Shown piece after piece: positions 24,001 through 36,968 of a DNA stretch of 64,000 nt (positions are counted from its first letter, which is position 1; the number at the start of each line of letters is the position of its first letter). This DNA is from Octopus sinensis (Eukaryota). The notes under the pieces are model-generated. The model searched no databases, was not told where the DNA came from, and saw nothing but the letters and a program-made list of their open reading frames with translations. The DNA lies in NCBI RefSeq assembly GCF_006345805.1, contig NC_043001.1, positions 135,098,001 to 135,162,000 on the forward strand. The letters run 5' to 3'. Position numbers and translations under genes: made by a program.

Positions 24001-25676
24001 TAAAATAAAAGAAATTGTTTATATGTTCAGAGGAAAAAGAGTGATTTAAGGGCAATTTGGGTGTTGTTTCTAGCACATCCAAAGACAACCCTCCTCATTT
24101 CTTTATCACTCTCGCATGTCTTGAAATTTTTCCATATTTTCCTCCCATAAATACATTTATATGCTATAAAAAGGGAAATTTAGGAAATTAGTAATTTTTT
24201 GCAACCCCACTCCCTGCACACGATTGTTTCTGCTTAGAAATTAAAATATTGGAGAGCATGAGAATGTCATTGCTGGTATTTATCCACAGTGATTAAAAAA
24301 ATTACGGAGATGTACTTGCATAGCAAGTGACTTGATCTGAGATCGTGTGCTGAAGCAAAAACAATTGCAGCGTGGAAGATATTTGTAAGCCATTCAAGAA
24401 GACACAAAAACCGTTAGTTTCACTTCAACATTAAAATTTCATTTGTGTCAAAATACTTTCATCGCTTTGAAACCGCGACCTGTTTGTTCACTGATAAAAC
24501 TTCACAAAAGTGATGCAGCACGAAGTTTCGTCAGTGAAGTGCACACACACATTAATTGCATTTCATTTGTGTGTATGTGTATCTATGTGTGTGTGAGTAT
24601 GTTTTAGTGTGTGTGTGTGTGGTGTGTGTGTGTGTGTGTGCGTGTGTGTGTTACTTTTGAAGTCGTTCGTGTAACTTATTTGTACATATATTGGCTTACT
24701 GGTACAGAAAGTGGATCTGTTCAATTTGACTCACAGATTTTTTGATATTTTTTTTAACTAAGCGATTTGAGACTTCGTATACTGCTGTTGTTCCTCTTCC
24801 ATTACTATCGCAAACAGCAGTAGTTTCTTTTCAACTGAGTATACGTCGTTGATTGGTTGAAATTACCCAAATACGACAACTTTATCACGAAATAACTTCT
24901 AAAATGCCAAATTTTGTCAAAAATGTTCAAAGTAAACTGTGTTCTGCGTGAGACATTCCACCAGTATACGAAATTTCAAACTATTTAACTAAAAAAACAA
25001 AATTAATTAAAATATCTGTGCACTAAACTGAATAGATCCTTACATTAAGTGTACATTAATAGAATAAACTGCCGGTTTTCCAAATAGCGAATTAAAACTT
25101 AAAAGAGAAAGTGAGAGATTTTTCAAATGAAAATGGAATACTCCGCAGTGAATGCAATGAATATCTAAATTCGTGAAAAACTGGTCGCAATGAATGCAAT
25201 GAATATTTAAATTTGCGAGAAATTGGAATTAAAAAAAATTCAATAAACATGAGAAATCGAAATTATGGGAAATTTCTTAGAACATGAATTTATAAAAATA
25301 TTTCCAGACAGTCAACCCTTTAATAATTGCTTTCTTTTAGTAATTGTTACATACCTAATTAATAAGCAGCTTTCTCCATTATAGTACACACACACACGCA
25401 CACACAAGAGTTAAGGAATGGAGTTCCATTCCTTAACTCTTATATTTTATTCGCATACCTGGCAACCTTAGCTGCCTACCGTGAAATATAAAACAACTTT
25501 TTTTCAGCTTACTATACTTCGATACAGATAAAAAATCCACAAGCTTCCGCCTCAATAAACCATTGTTGTTCCTGAAAGTTGCTTTTTATATTTTCTACTT
25601 TACTTGAAGCTAACGTTCTTCCTACACCTCGTCCTTGGATCTTACACACACACATACACACACACGCTCACACATA

Positions 25677-25885
25677 TGAGTGGGTGCTGAATAGTTCCTA
25701 ACTTTGGGTAAAAGAAAAGACAAGAGAATTATGATTTTATTAAACATATTCCCCACTCAGATTCACACACTTACTGAAGCGGTCTTTCAGTTTTTCTAAG
25801 CCCTGTAAAAGGACTCGGAAGGTTGGGTCTCCATCCAGGCCTTTCGTGACATCCTTAAAGCCAGGAACTTTTTAGCCCCCATTCG
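25677..25885 (-). mobile_element. Mariner-derived MITE
   Basis: Homologous to 7220-7437 in reverse orientation, both TIRs recognisable. Confidence 0.78.
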
Positions 25886-25896
25886 TATATACTGGG

Positions 25897-26000
<104 letters not shown>

Positions 26001-26004
26001 GAGC

Positions 26005-26035
<31 letters not shown>

Positions 26036-26073
26036 GGAGAGCTTTGGAAATATATTGGTACAGTTATGATATT

Positions 26074-26304
26074 TGGAGAGAAAATTTTTTCTCAAAGAGT
26101 TAAGATTGAGAAAAGAACCTTTTCAGAAAGTCGAAAGACACCAACCTTTGGGAAAAGATTTCACAAAATTTGTGTGGGCTTTGCTTTTATAGATGTGCAA
26201 GCGCTTCCAGTTCTTAACGTTTTCAAGCACGAAAAGGTTAGTGTCTTTCGACTTTCTAAAAAGGTTCTCAATCTTATCTCTTTGAGAAAAAAATCTTCTC
26301 TCCA
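26074..26304. mobile_element. Foldback MITE with long imperfect TIRs
   Basis: TGGAGAG...GAAAGTCGAAAGACAC vs GTGTCTTTCGACTTTC...CTCTCCA. Left-truncated second copy at 28143-28341. Confidence 0.75.
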
Positions 26305-26649
26305 TATAATATATATATAAAGTAATGCGTTCATGAAAATCTTGTCGTAACACGAAATTCTGTATTGCGGAATTAATTTTCATATTAAGTGTGATTGTGT
26401 TCCTACAGACACTTTAAAAAGAGCAATAAAAAGAAGCTTAAAAAAAACACAACAGAGAACAAGCAATGCGACCACCTTTATATATGAAAATAATTGTTTC
26501 TAAATATACACAGTACGATATAGGCGCATAAAAAATATAAGAAAAACATTTGAAGAGGAATAAGTTAGGGAATTAATAAGAATCATTGTAATATCGTGAT
26601 ATTACACTCATGCTAAAATTGATGTTGACTACTGTGTGAAGGTTTGAGG

Positions 26650-26985
26650 GACAATATTTACTATCTTATTGTTCATTGTCACGAATATCAACTCGAGAAG
26701 AGAAGTTATCCAAAGTTGTTTATTGTTTATGACATACCATCCCTTTGTACAACTCAGTATAAGAACTGAGCTCATTGTAAACTCTTGTAATTTTTATGTT
26801 ACAGTCAGGATTCGGATTATTATCAGCAAAACTTGCAGATCTTTTGTAAGTGCCAATCCTTTAACAATAACTTTTGTAGGCAATTTAAGCAGTGTAGATG
26901 AAATTTCCGTCGTCTCGTCTGCCTTTTTAGTTGGCTCTTTTTCTGACAACATCAGCTCCTCGAAAGAAACTTTCTCTTTGGGATA
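26650..26985 (-). mobile_element. Tigger/pogo transposase C-terminal fossil
   Basis: Minus, after a frameshift: ASFADNNPNPDCNIKITRVYNELSSYTELYKGMVCHKQ*TTLDNF resembles the pogo/Tigger C-terminus (...Y.ELY....KQTTLDNF). Confidence 0.55.
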
Positions 26986-27299
26986 AGAAAGAGAGAGAGA
27001 GAGAGAGGGGGGGAATAAGAAAGGGAGAGAGATTGTGTGAGAAAGAGGTGATTTTCCAGCAAATCTCGGATGCTAAGATATATACCTTCAGGCAAGCGCC
27101 GGGTAACAAAAACAGGATTTGTATTCTGTGTTTATAATAATTCCCTAACTAAATTAGATCGGGAAAAACAAAGGATTTTTCGCATATTGTCTAGCCTGAA
27201 CTAAGTTTAACATGAAATGACCATAAGGTAATAGTTTCTTAGTGCGAATGCTGAGAACAATGGACAAGAGTTTACACAAAAAATATAGATTAAAGTTTC

Positions 27300-27711
27300 G
27301 GACCTTTTCGGTTTGAACGGCAGTTTTTTTAACATAACTTCCACGTAACTAAACACTTTTAAACTTCGTATACTGGTAGAATGTGTTTATAAAACATCTT
27401 TTTCTCTTGACTTTATTGAGAAAATTTCTATAGTTTGTAAGATATTTGTTGTTTTTTTCTTCAATTTCTGCAATTTCAACCAATCACTGACGTCCATTGA
27501 GGTAAACAACATTCTGTACCGTATAAATATGTCCCTCGTTTAAGAAACAGATTGAGTTTATTTACATTTCTGAAGAAAAAAAAGATCCCCACCCCTAACC
27601 CTAACCATAAAACAGATTGAAATGCAATAGATCGATACTAGGGTCATAATTATGGGTGACAATTTCATATGACACCGCTAGAAAAAACTGCCGTTCAAAC
27701 CGAAAAGATCC
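27300..27711. mobile_element. MULE MITE, second copy
   Basis: Same TIRs and body as 22668-23087. Flanking duplication AAAGTTTC(G), 8-9 bp. Confidence 0.88.
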
Positions 27712-28348
27712 AAAGTTTCGATTCCTGGCTAAGAATCTAAGGAACGGTTTGCTTTTAGATATATGCATCTTATATTATAAAAGAAAAGTGGATTTCCGTC
27801 TGTCTGTCCGTCACAACATCTATTGCAGAGAAGAAAAGAAGGGGATGAATCAAAATATACATTACAATATATTTTTAAAACTGGAGAAAAAGTTATTGTT
27901 GAGAGGGAAATTCAGTGAGAGAGAGAATGAGAAAGTGTGTGACAAATAGATCGATAAATAAATAGATGGGTTATGTTGTCACCATAACTAACAAATTTTG
28001 ATTAAAAAAGTGGGAATTTTAAGTGCAAGTCGGTCAACACAAAGCAACACACTTCAGAAAAAGATTATACATACATATATATATATATATACAGATGTGG
28101 GCACCGTTAATCGAAAAGTTAACTTCGTTAATCGTTAATTCTTTGAGAAAAGAACCTTTTCAGAAAGTCGAAAGACACCAACCTTTGGGAAAAGATTTCA
28201 CAAAATTTGCGTGGGCTTTGCTTTTATAGATGTGCAAGCGCTGCCAGTTCTTAACGTTTTCAAGCACGAAAAGGTTAGTGTCTTTCGACTTTCTTAAAAG
28301 GTTCTTAATCTTATCTCTTTGAGAAAAAAATCTTCTCTCCATATATAT

Positions 28349-28380
<32 letters not shown>

Positions 28381-28975
28381 AAGTAATGCGTTCATGAAAA
28401 TCTTGTCGTAACGCGAAATTCTGTATTGCGGAATTAATTTTCATATTAACGGAAGTTAACGCTAACTTTTATTGAAGAAAGGCATAACTACAGTTCAATA
28501 CCCCACCAACTTTGTTGCTTCATAACTTCCAGGAAGATGGATACTTTTTAACAAAACTTTCACTAAATAATCGCTTATATCCTGTAGATTGCGTATATGT
28601 AAAGATTTGTTGGAAAAGCCTTTTTTGATGAGATGGGGAGATGAGTTTCGGAAAATTCACAGGACCCGACATTTTCCCCCTCATAACTTTCTGGAAAATA
28701 GGTATTTTTTAATGAAATTTTATACAAAAGCCTTTCAAACGGCGTAGATTACGATTACAAAGAAATTTGTAGGCAGAATTTTTGGAAGGGGACGGAGGAG
28801 TTTCTAGAAAACGGGGTTTCGGATGGTTAAATACCTCTATTTAACCATCTCACATCGTCTCTGATAATGAGATATCCATAATATCTCAGAAACAGCTGTA
28901 AGACTATATCTATTTCTTTTTCCTTATAAATGTCCTGAAAACTTCTCACAGCCTTGGCTTTGTTATCTCATTTTG

Positions 28976-29023
<48 letters not shown>

Positions 29024-31347
29024 CGAAGTGTAGTATTATATATCCATTATGGCTGATCTTACCAATCAGCCGTAATACATTTTTCCTAACTTATGGACCC
29101 TAAGACGGCTCCCCCCTCCCCACAGAGTTGCAGGGCTCATTAGAAATTAAATTTTTTAACGTGTAGGATGCCAAGAAAGGCCGGATACTGGGCTTGCTAT
29201 ATTCAATTGTCGTTAGCTGGCTAAATGGTGTAAGTATGTATATACATGTGCACAAGTCAATCATAGACCGATAGAATAAGTGCCAGATTTTAAAATACAA
29301 GAGTCAATTTGTTCCACAAGAACCGTTCAAGATGGTGTCCCAGCATGGCCGCAGTTTAATGATTGAAGCAAGTAAAAGATAGCACTTATGAATGAGGGAG
29401 AGAGATATACTTTCGTTTTATTACAATCATTCATGAACAATACCCACGTTGGACAGAGTTGAAAGGGATGGGAAAAGGACCAAAAGAATAATCAATAGTT
29501 CATTGCAACATATTTTGCAAAAGAGGCAAACGGTTGGTATCACATCGTTTGTTTACAGTCTATTGGGTTTCAAATAAATAGACACTAATAATTAATTTAT
29601 TTCTGACAGCGTAAAGGGTTTCGTTGTATGGCAAGAGTTAATAAAAGTACGGCTTTAGCACGAGTTTAACTGATTTGTTAGCCCCGATATTGATTTCAGA
29701 CCATCCCTCTCTTTCACACGAGAACTTTGTTGGATCTCTATGGTTTATTGTATTTCAATCCAAACAATTTTTAAAAAAATGTAACCCGTTGTATGCTGAA
29801 AGTGATTATTTCAAAAGATTTACCAGAGAATGCCTAATAGCTGTTATCTTTCTATAAATATTGTTTGTTTTGTGGTACAGGCATATTTATGTTTTTTCTT
29901 TATTTCATCTTTGTAAAAGAAATGTTCTTACAATTATGAACAACCCCAATAAAATACAAGCAATGAAACATGAACACGGAAACGAAAGAAGAAAATACTA
30001 TAAAAAGAAACAAAAAATTAGAGAAAAAGAACTCGAAATCTGAAAAGAAACTTCTGTTGATTGAAACGTCTGACCATCTTCTATCTGTTTCCAATTGCTT
30101 GTTCAAATCAAATTAATTTCTGAAATTAGTTGTGAGTGATCTCTTCCGTTTTATCCTCACAGATAAGTTGGTATTTTGAGTTCTGAATAGAAACGTTTCG
30201 TTTCTTTTTTTAATATATATATTTTTTTTATTATTACAACCACCGTTATTATTGTGTTTTAGCAATATTCACAATTACAGACACAAAAAAAATTAGTTTG
30301 TCTCATTTTCTTTAATATAGAATAATTTGGTGCAGACTTTTCAATCAATACTTATGTTAGTTCATCCATTTTTTTCTTTCTTTCACATATGTTGTATACT
30401 GAATTAAATTATTACATCGCTTTATTTTATATAAATTATTTTGACATACGTACGTATGTACATACATACATCGTATAATATAAAATAATAAAAATAATTT
30501 ATTTCTTTTTATTGGCCACAAGGGCTGACAACATTCGTAATGAGTGTCTGATTACTTACGCACACACATTTTAAATTTGTATGCAGTTGATACTTCACTC
30601 CTAAGTTCGTGTAATGTTTAAGGTTATTGTTATAAAGCGAAATTGCAGATATAATACTAAGCATATCATTGGTTTCTGATGCCCCCTTGTTAGTATATGA
30701 CCTATGCCTAACCACGAGAATCAGGAACCAACAGAATAATAGCCCCTCTCTTCTATCCTCTATCGCGTTTTCCCAGCATTCGCTCAAAACAAAACCTGAC
30801 CGAATCTTCGGGTATCTAGGGAGTGAGCCACTAATACTATACAATGAATTAAACCTTACTACATGTATTTTTCATTTAGCAATCATAAACATTAATGAAT
30901 GTATGTGTGTGTGTGTAAACGTGTATATATAGGTGCAGACATGGCTGTGAGCTTAAGAAACTCGCTTTGCAGCCATGTGGTTTTTTTGGCGGCACCTTGA
31001 GAATGGCTTTTCTGCTATAGTTCCAGTGAATGTATTTGATTGTCAAAACTGTAGAAGCTCATCATATATAATATATTATATATATATTATATATATATAT
31101 ATATATATAATATATATATTAGAAATATTAAAATAACTAAGTCTCTCTAAAAGAGAACAGCGGCAGCGTTCCCGGAAAATAATAGTTATCGCCATACTAA
31201 TATGGCATTCTTATAAAAATAAGAAAAAAGCTGTCCGCTTATTAGCTCCATGAGGCCATCGCCTTAAGTTAGCTATTTGATACACAAACTGTATCCATAT
31301 AACCTTCGAACAAGGGAGGTCAGTCGCTCCACACTACTTGACCGGCA

Positions 31348-31389
31348 GCTACAGACGCGTTTCGGGGTATTGCCCCTTTTCAATGCAGC
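31348..31389 (-). ncRNA. Minimal type I hammerhead ribozyme motif, U3-A8 variant
   Basis: Minus: GCTGCA-TTGAAAA-GGGG-caata-CCCC-GAAA-CGCG-TC-TGTAGC. Confidence 0.8.
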
Positions 31390-31716
31390 GTAGCCAGCCA
31401 GTAGGTGTCGCTTCCGACAATCTCTGTTCGATGGTTTTATTTACCTAGTTTCGGTGGAATACATCCACTTGTTTTCAATAATAGAAATATTAAAATAACT
31501 AAGTCTCTCTAAAAGAGAACAGCGGCAGCGTTCCCGGAAAATAATAGTTATCGCCATACTAATATGGCATTCTTATAAAAATAAGAAAAAAGCTGTCCGC
31601 TTATTAGCTATTTTAATATTTCTATTATTGAAAACAAGTGGATGTATTCCACCGAAACTAGGTAAATAAAACCATCGAACAGAGATTGTCGGAAGCGACA
31701 CCTACTGGCTGGCTAC

Positions 31717-31758
31717 GCTGCATTGAAAAGGGGCAATACCCCGAAACGCGTCTGTAGC
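31717..31758 (+). ncRNA. Minimal type I hammerhead ribozyme motif, U3-A8 variant (inverted copy)
   Basis: GCTGCA-TTGAAAA-GGGG-caata-CCCC-GAAA-CGCG-TC-TGTAGC: 6-bp stem I, 4-bp stem II, palindromic stem III, predicted cleavage after C31752. Confidence 0.8.
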
Positions 31759-31971
31759 TGCCGGTCAAGTAGTGTGGAGCGACTGACCTCCCTTGTTCGA
31801 AGGTTATATGGATACAGTTTGTGTATCAAATAGCTAACTTAAGGCGATGGCCTCATGGAGGAGCTAATAAGCGGACAGCTTTTTTCTTATTATTTATAAG
31901 AATGCCATATTAGTATGGCGATAACTATTATATATATATATATATACTATATATATATATATATATATATG

Positions 31972-32016
<45 letters not shown>

Positions 32017-32049
32017 TATGTATATGTATATATATATATAATATATATA

Positions 32050-32080
<31 letters not shown>

Positions 32081-32137
32081 CAATATATATATATATATAT
32101 ATATATATAGATATATATATATATATATATATATATA

Positions 32138-32549
32138 GGCGCAGGAGTGGCTGTGTGTGTAAGTAGCTTGTTTACCAGCCACATGGTTCCGGGTTCAGTC
32201 CCACTGCATGGCACCTTGGGCAGTATCTTCTACTATAGCCTTGGGCCGACCAATGCCTTGTGAGTGGATTTGGTAGATGGAAACTGAAAGAAGCCCATCG
32301 TATATATGTGTATATATATATATGCGTGTGTGTGTTTGTGTGTCTGTGTTTGTCCCCCTAGCATTGCTTGACAACTGATGCGGGTGTGTTCATGTCCCCG
32401 TTACTTAGCGGTTCGGCAAAAGAGACCGATAGAATAAGTACTGGGCTTACAAAAAAGAATAAGTCCCAGGGTCGAGTTGCTCGATTAAAGGCGGTGCTCC
32501 AGCATGGCCGCAGTCAGATGACTGAAACAAGTAAAAGAGTAAAAGAGTA
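32138..32549 (+). mobile_element. SINE family B, full length
   Basis: GGCGCAGGAGTGGCTGTG...GTAAAAGAGTAAAAGAGTA. Confidence 0.92.
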
Positions 32550-32960
32550 TATATATATGTATATATGTATGTATGTATGTATGTATGTGTGTGTATGTAT
32601 GTGTGTGTGTGTGTGTGTGTGTGTGCGTATGCGTGAGTGTGTGTGTGTGGTGTCAAATTAAATACACAACCGAAAGAGCTACTAATAGTTTCATGCTATT
32701 ATGATACTTGAACATACATATTTCTAAAATATGTCATGTATCTTAAAGAAATCTTTCAGGCTCTGTTTGTGTGTGTGTGCGTGTGTTTGATTCCCTCCCG
32801 ACATCGTTTGACAACCAGTGTCAGTTTGTTTACGTCCCTGTAACTTAGCTGTTCTGCATCGAAGACAGTGTACCAAACTTAGAGTAAGTATTGGGGATCT
32901 CAGTCTATCATCTGTCTGTCTGTCTGCCTCCTCTCTCTCTCTTTTTCTTTCTCTCTTTAG

Positions 32961-33142
32961 TTCCATCGACTTCACATTCCATTACTTGAAATGTTATGCC
33001 TGAAGGCATTCTTCAGATGAAGGTTACTGGTAGAAATAATTTTAATAATGCCATTACCTAATAGAAAACTGATGAGATAAAATGTTGTAGACTTCTGTAC
33101 AGCAATATTCAGCGTGGAGATTGGTAAATTTCCAATGGACTG
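32961..33142 (+). other. Candidate exon (mostly 5'UTR, ending in ATG GAC TG) of an unidentified host gene
   Basis: Long polypyrimidine tract plus AG ending at 32960, donor TG|GTGAGT at 33142/33143, ATG at 33135. No homology recognised. Part of the pyrimidine tract is a CT microsatellite. Confidence 0.3.
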
Positions 33143-33448
33143 GTGAGTTGCATCCAGGTTCTCAAAGTGGCTCAAATTTTTTTAAATATAAATGGTCTAT
33201 ATATAATTTGTTTTTGTTTTACTCATTAATTTTTTTTTTAATTTAAAGTGTCTGATGTCTTACATCAGATTAAATATTTTTCTCATTACAGAAGTGATGA
33301 AAAAGAAGGCCATTATAATGTCCATTACCAAACGCTGCAAAGCGACCACATTATTTGAAAGATGGCATAGCTCTATTAATTACCTTATCTATTCTCTCTG
33401 TCTGCTTGCCTGCCTGCCTGTCTGTCTGGCTCCCCCACTCTCTCTCTC

Positions 33449-33625
33449 TCTAGCCACTACGCACATATTTTTCTGTCCTTGTTTCTCTCCTTGTTTCTTT
33501 CTGTGGAAGAGTGTAGGCTCGAAACGTAAAAGACTTTTTCAGTTCCTGAGCGTTATACTAATACATCAGTTTGTTTTCTACACCACCTGTCTTTGTCTTT
33601 TGTTTTTTTCGTGAATTCTTTCCCT
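33449..33625 (+). mobile_element. Penelope-type pseudo-LTR with hammerhead-like motif
   Basis: TCTTT-CTGTGGA-A-GAGT-gtag-GCTC-GAAA-CG-TA-AAAGA at 33496-33533. Ends in (TA)n. Confidence 0.75.
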
Positions 33626-33659
33626 ATACATATATATATATATATATATTTATATATAC

Positions 33660-33990
33660 ATACACACATATATTTATCATTATTTAATATCTGTGTTCCA
33701 TGCTAGCATGGGTGGTACAGTACCACAAAAGCCGGCCAGGCTGAAGCCTCCACCACACTTCTGTGACTGTATTGGTAGGATTTTTACAGCTGGATGCCCT
33801 TCCAAACATCAACTACTCAGTAGAGTGGACTTAATGCTTTTTATGCGGCACAAGCACAAGCGAGGTGAGTAGTGCTTTTTACATGGCACAAGCACCAGCA
33901 AGGATTTTACAGCTGGATGCTCTTCAGAACCCCAACCACTTTGCAGTGTGGACTGGGTGCTTTTAAGTAGCACCTGCACTGACAGGGTCA
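33660..33990 (-). mobile_element. Diverged (ATG)n-tailed RTE-related repeat (family D)
   Basis: CCATGCTAGCATGGG...GCTGGATGCCCTTCC motifs. Confidence 0.65.
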
Positions 33991-34204
33991 TCAAGTACTT
34001 GTCAGATAAAAAAAGACTTTTAAGAGGGGAGGAAGGATTGGAGGAGGTGATAATGAAAATGTTATAGTGAGACAGATACAGGTGTCTTACTGTAGAGGAA
34101 GTACAAGGTTACCTGGCTGGAGAAAGAAAGGCTGGAATGGAGACAGAAACAGGTGTGCTGCAGCAAAGAAAATACCCGCAACCAGTAGAACTGCTGTGCA
34201 TGCA

Positions 34205-34950
34205 CACTATGTTTTACCATTCTAGCTCACTTCCATTGTTTGCATCAATGCTTGGAAGGAACATATGTATTGACCATGATAAAGTTGAGCAGAGAATCTA
34301 CGTCAAATTTTGCCAAAACTTGGTGATACCTGCTTGGAGGCCTATGCAAAGTTGCAGAAAGTGTATGGAGAAGAGTGTATGAGCTGAAAAAGTGTTGATA
34401 ATTACGTACGTTCTGGGAGACTCGCAACCAGCAGAACTGAGGAAAACATCACAAATGTGCATGCAGCTGTGAGGGGAAATCGTTGAATTACCATCAGAGG
34501 ATGTGCAGATTAGTTACAGTTTAGTTCAGTCCATTATTGCTGAAGGTTTGGGTATGAGACATGTGTCTGCCAAGTTTGTGCCAAATCTGCTTTCAGCTGA
34601 CAATGCACATGCCCATTGAGCACAACTTGTGCAGTAATTTTTGGCTGGGCACAACATTCTCCAGGTTCAACATCCTCCGTATTCTCCAGATCTCACCTCT
34701 TGAGATTTTTTCCCTCTTTCCAAAAATCAAATTCCACTTGAAAGGAAGCAGATTTCTGGACATCGAGGAAATCAAGGTGAATACGACAAGGCAACTGCTG
34801 ATTATCCCAGAAAACTATTTCCAGGAAAGCTTCCATCAATGGAAACAGTAATGGATTAAGTGTGTGGCTCCTGAAGGGGATTATTTTGAAGGAGATTAAA
34901 TGTACTGTAGTTTTATTTTTATAGTCTGGATACTTATTGATCAGACCACA
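34205..34950 (+). mobile_element. Internally deleted mariner transposon fossil
   Basis: EQRIYVKFC, KFVP, HPPYSPDL, KGSRF and GDYFEGD* mariner motifs across frameshifts. Confidence 0.85.
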
Positions 34951-36968
34951 TATATACCTACATTCGTACATACATACATACACATATGCACACACACATA
35001 CACACACAAATACACATACGCACATGACAGGCCTCCATGTAGTTTCTTGCAAATTCTCTCATAATGCTTTGGTTAATCCAAGGCTGCAGTCGAAGACACC
35101 TCCTCAAGGTGCCGCACAGTAAGGTGTAACTTGTGATTATGTGGCCTGTGGTAACAAACTGAGTTTTGTAATTCACACAACCATGAGTATGTGTGATGTT
35201 CATGCCTATATCATGGACAGCTGTACTATTAATGTAGTAGGAATTCTAACTTTAGGCTTTAGAAGTCCACGAAGTAACAGAAAAAATCCCAACAACAATT
35301 AAAATCTTTGTTGACATAAGAATTTATAAACTTTCAAGAGAATGTGAAATAATGATTTTGTTTTTTTAACATTGAATCTCAAAGCACATAAAGCTATAAG
35401 TGATAGTATGTAAATATTGAGTTGAAAAGCCCTTTTGGGAAGAAAAATTTGGAGGCTGCCTTTCTGAGACGTGAAATGCATTTGGGACACAACTCATCTC
35501 CTGTAGACATGACAGGCTTTTGGGGGCTAGTATTTATAGCTTCATATCCTCCAAAGCTGGCATTTCTAAAAGAGAATTATTACAAGTCTTCATTAATGCT
35601 TTGTTAATTAGAAACAAAAACTCAAGTGTATTGATAAGAGAGGGTGAGGTGGTTAAAAGATTGTGTGACTTTCATGGCTTTTACACAAGCTTTAAGAATG
35701 TAATTGGAATTAAATGTTTACAATTAGAAAATTGAAACTGGTTTACAAGATACCAGTAACCAAGAGCTCGCTTCCTCTTACAATCAATATTGGTTACTCA
35801 CATTGGCAGGTTGAAGGAGAAAGAAATTTTTTTTGGAGGTGCAAAGATCAATATTACAAGTTACAATCAATCAATATGCTCAGACTGATTTCTTTATGCA
35901 TTTTTCCCCTCCCCCCATTATTCTCATTTTCTTTTTGTTTGTTTCTCATCTTCCTCCTATTAACTGAAAATGTCACGAAGAGCTTTCTGACTTTATTTCT
36001 TTTGAGAAATGTTCTAAGCCAGAACCAATACTGATTAGTTGACTTCAGTAGCAGACTGTTATAGGCTTCTAAGCCAAGTGAAAGCCAGCATTCTTATAAA
36101 GTCATTCCTCAGCAGTAATGTGATTACGGTGCAAATAACATTTAAGTCAGCATTATTGAATTTCTGTTCTGCAGTCATCAAAAGCTGCAATGCAGAATAG
36201 ATACAATGTCAAAGTCAAACAGATTTTTGGTGGCATAGAAGATGACCTTCCTTATTTTTATATTTATTTATTTATTTATTCTTAAAGAATGGGCAAAAGC
36301 TTAACTTTTGGTAAATTATTTCTGTCATTAAATATTGTTTGTGAAATAATACTAGTTCCTTAAAATGAAGATTGAATTAGATATTTTATATGAAGGACCC
36401 TTTTTTGTTGTTGTTGCTGTTATTTTTTAACCCCAGGTCAACCCTGATTGAGCAGAACTTTGACCTGAAGTATTCTGGCCATGACCATCCCTTAATTTTT
36501 AAGAGTGTATGGGACTGCATTATCTAAAATCTACTTTTTTAAGGCAATACAGTGTGATTTGAGGTAGATTCAACTGTTATTTCTAGTAAGTTGCTCAACT
36601 TCATGAAGGCTGTCTTGGTTTGCTTTTTGTGTTAGACCTGAAAGCAGTTGCTTTTAGCTCAAGGTCAGCCATGTTCAAGCAGACCTGTTGCTAAAAGCAA
36701 TCCAACAGTGACCATCCCATCTTTTTGCATATCTGGAACTATTTTGTCCAAAATTTCCTTTCTGTTTTATGATTGTAGAATGTGATTAGAAAAAAATTGA
36801 TTACTATTCCTATTGAGTCAAATAACCTCATAAGTTTTTCCTTACTGATCTTAAAGAGGTTAGTTTACAACATACATTGTAACCCTACCAATAGTATGTG
36901 AATTTTGTCCCATTATTTCATACCAAAGACAGCTCTTAATTGACTGGTAATTTCCTGTTCTCAGCTTA

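Larger units (their letters stand above)
31121..31930. mobile_element. Retrozyme/Penelope-LTR-like unit: partial tandem (362-bp period) plus inverted copy, flanked by (TA)n
   Basis: 31121-31247 repeats at 31483-31609. About 31605-31930 is the reverse complement of about 31180-31500. Hammerhead motifs on both strands. Confidence 0.85.

Noticed and set aside
30509-30932. Overlapping short ORFs in unique DNA
   Set aside because: No recognisable motif or splice context. More likely non-coding or promoter-proximal.
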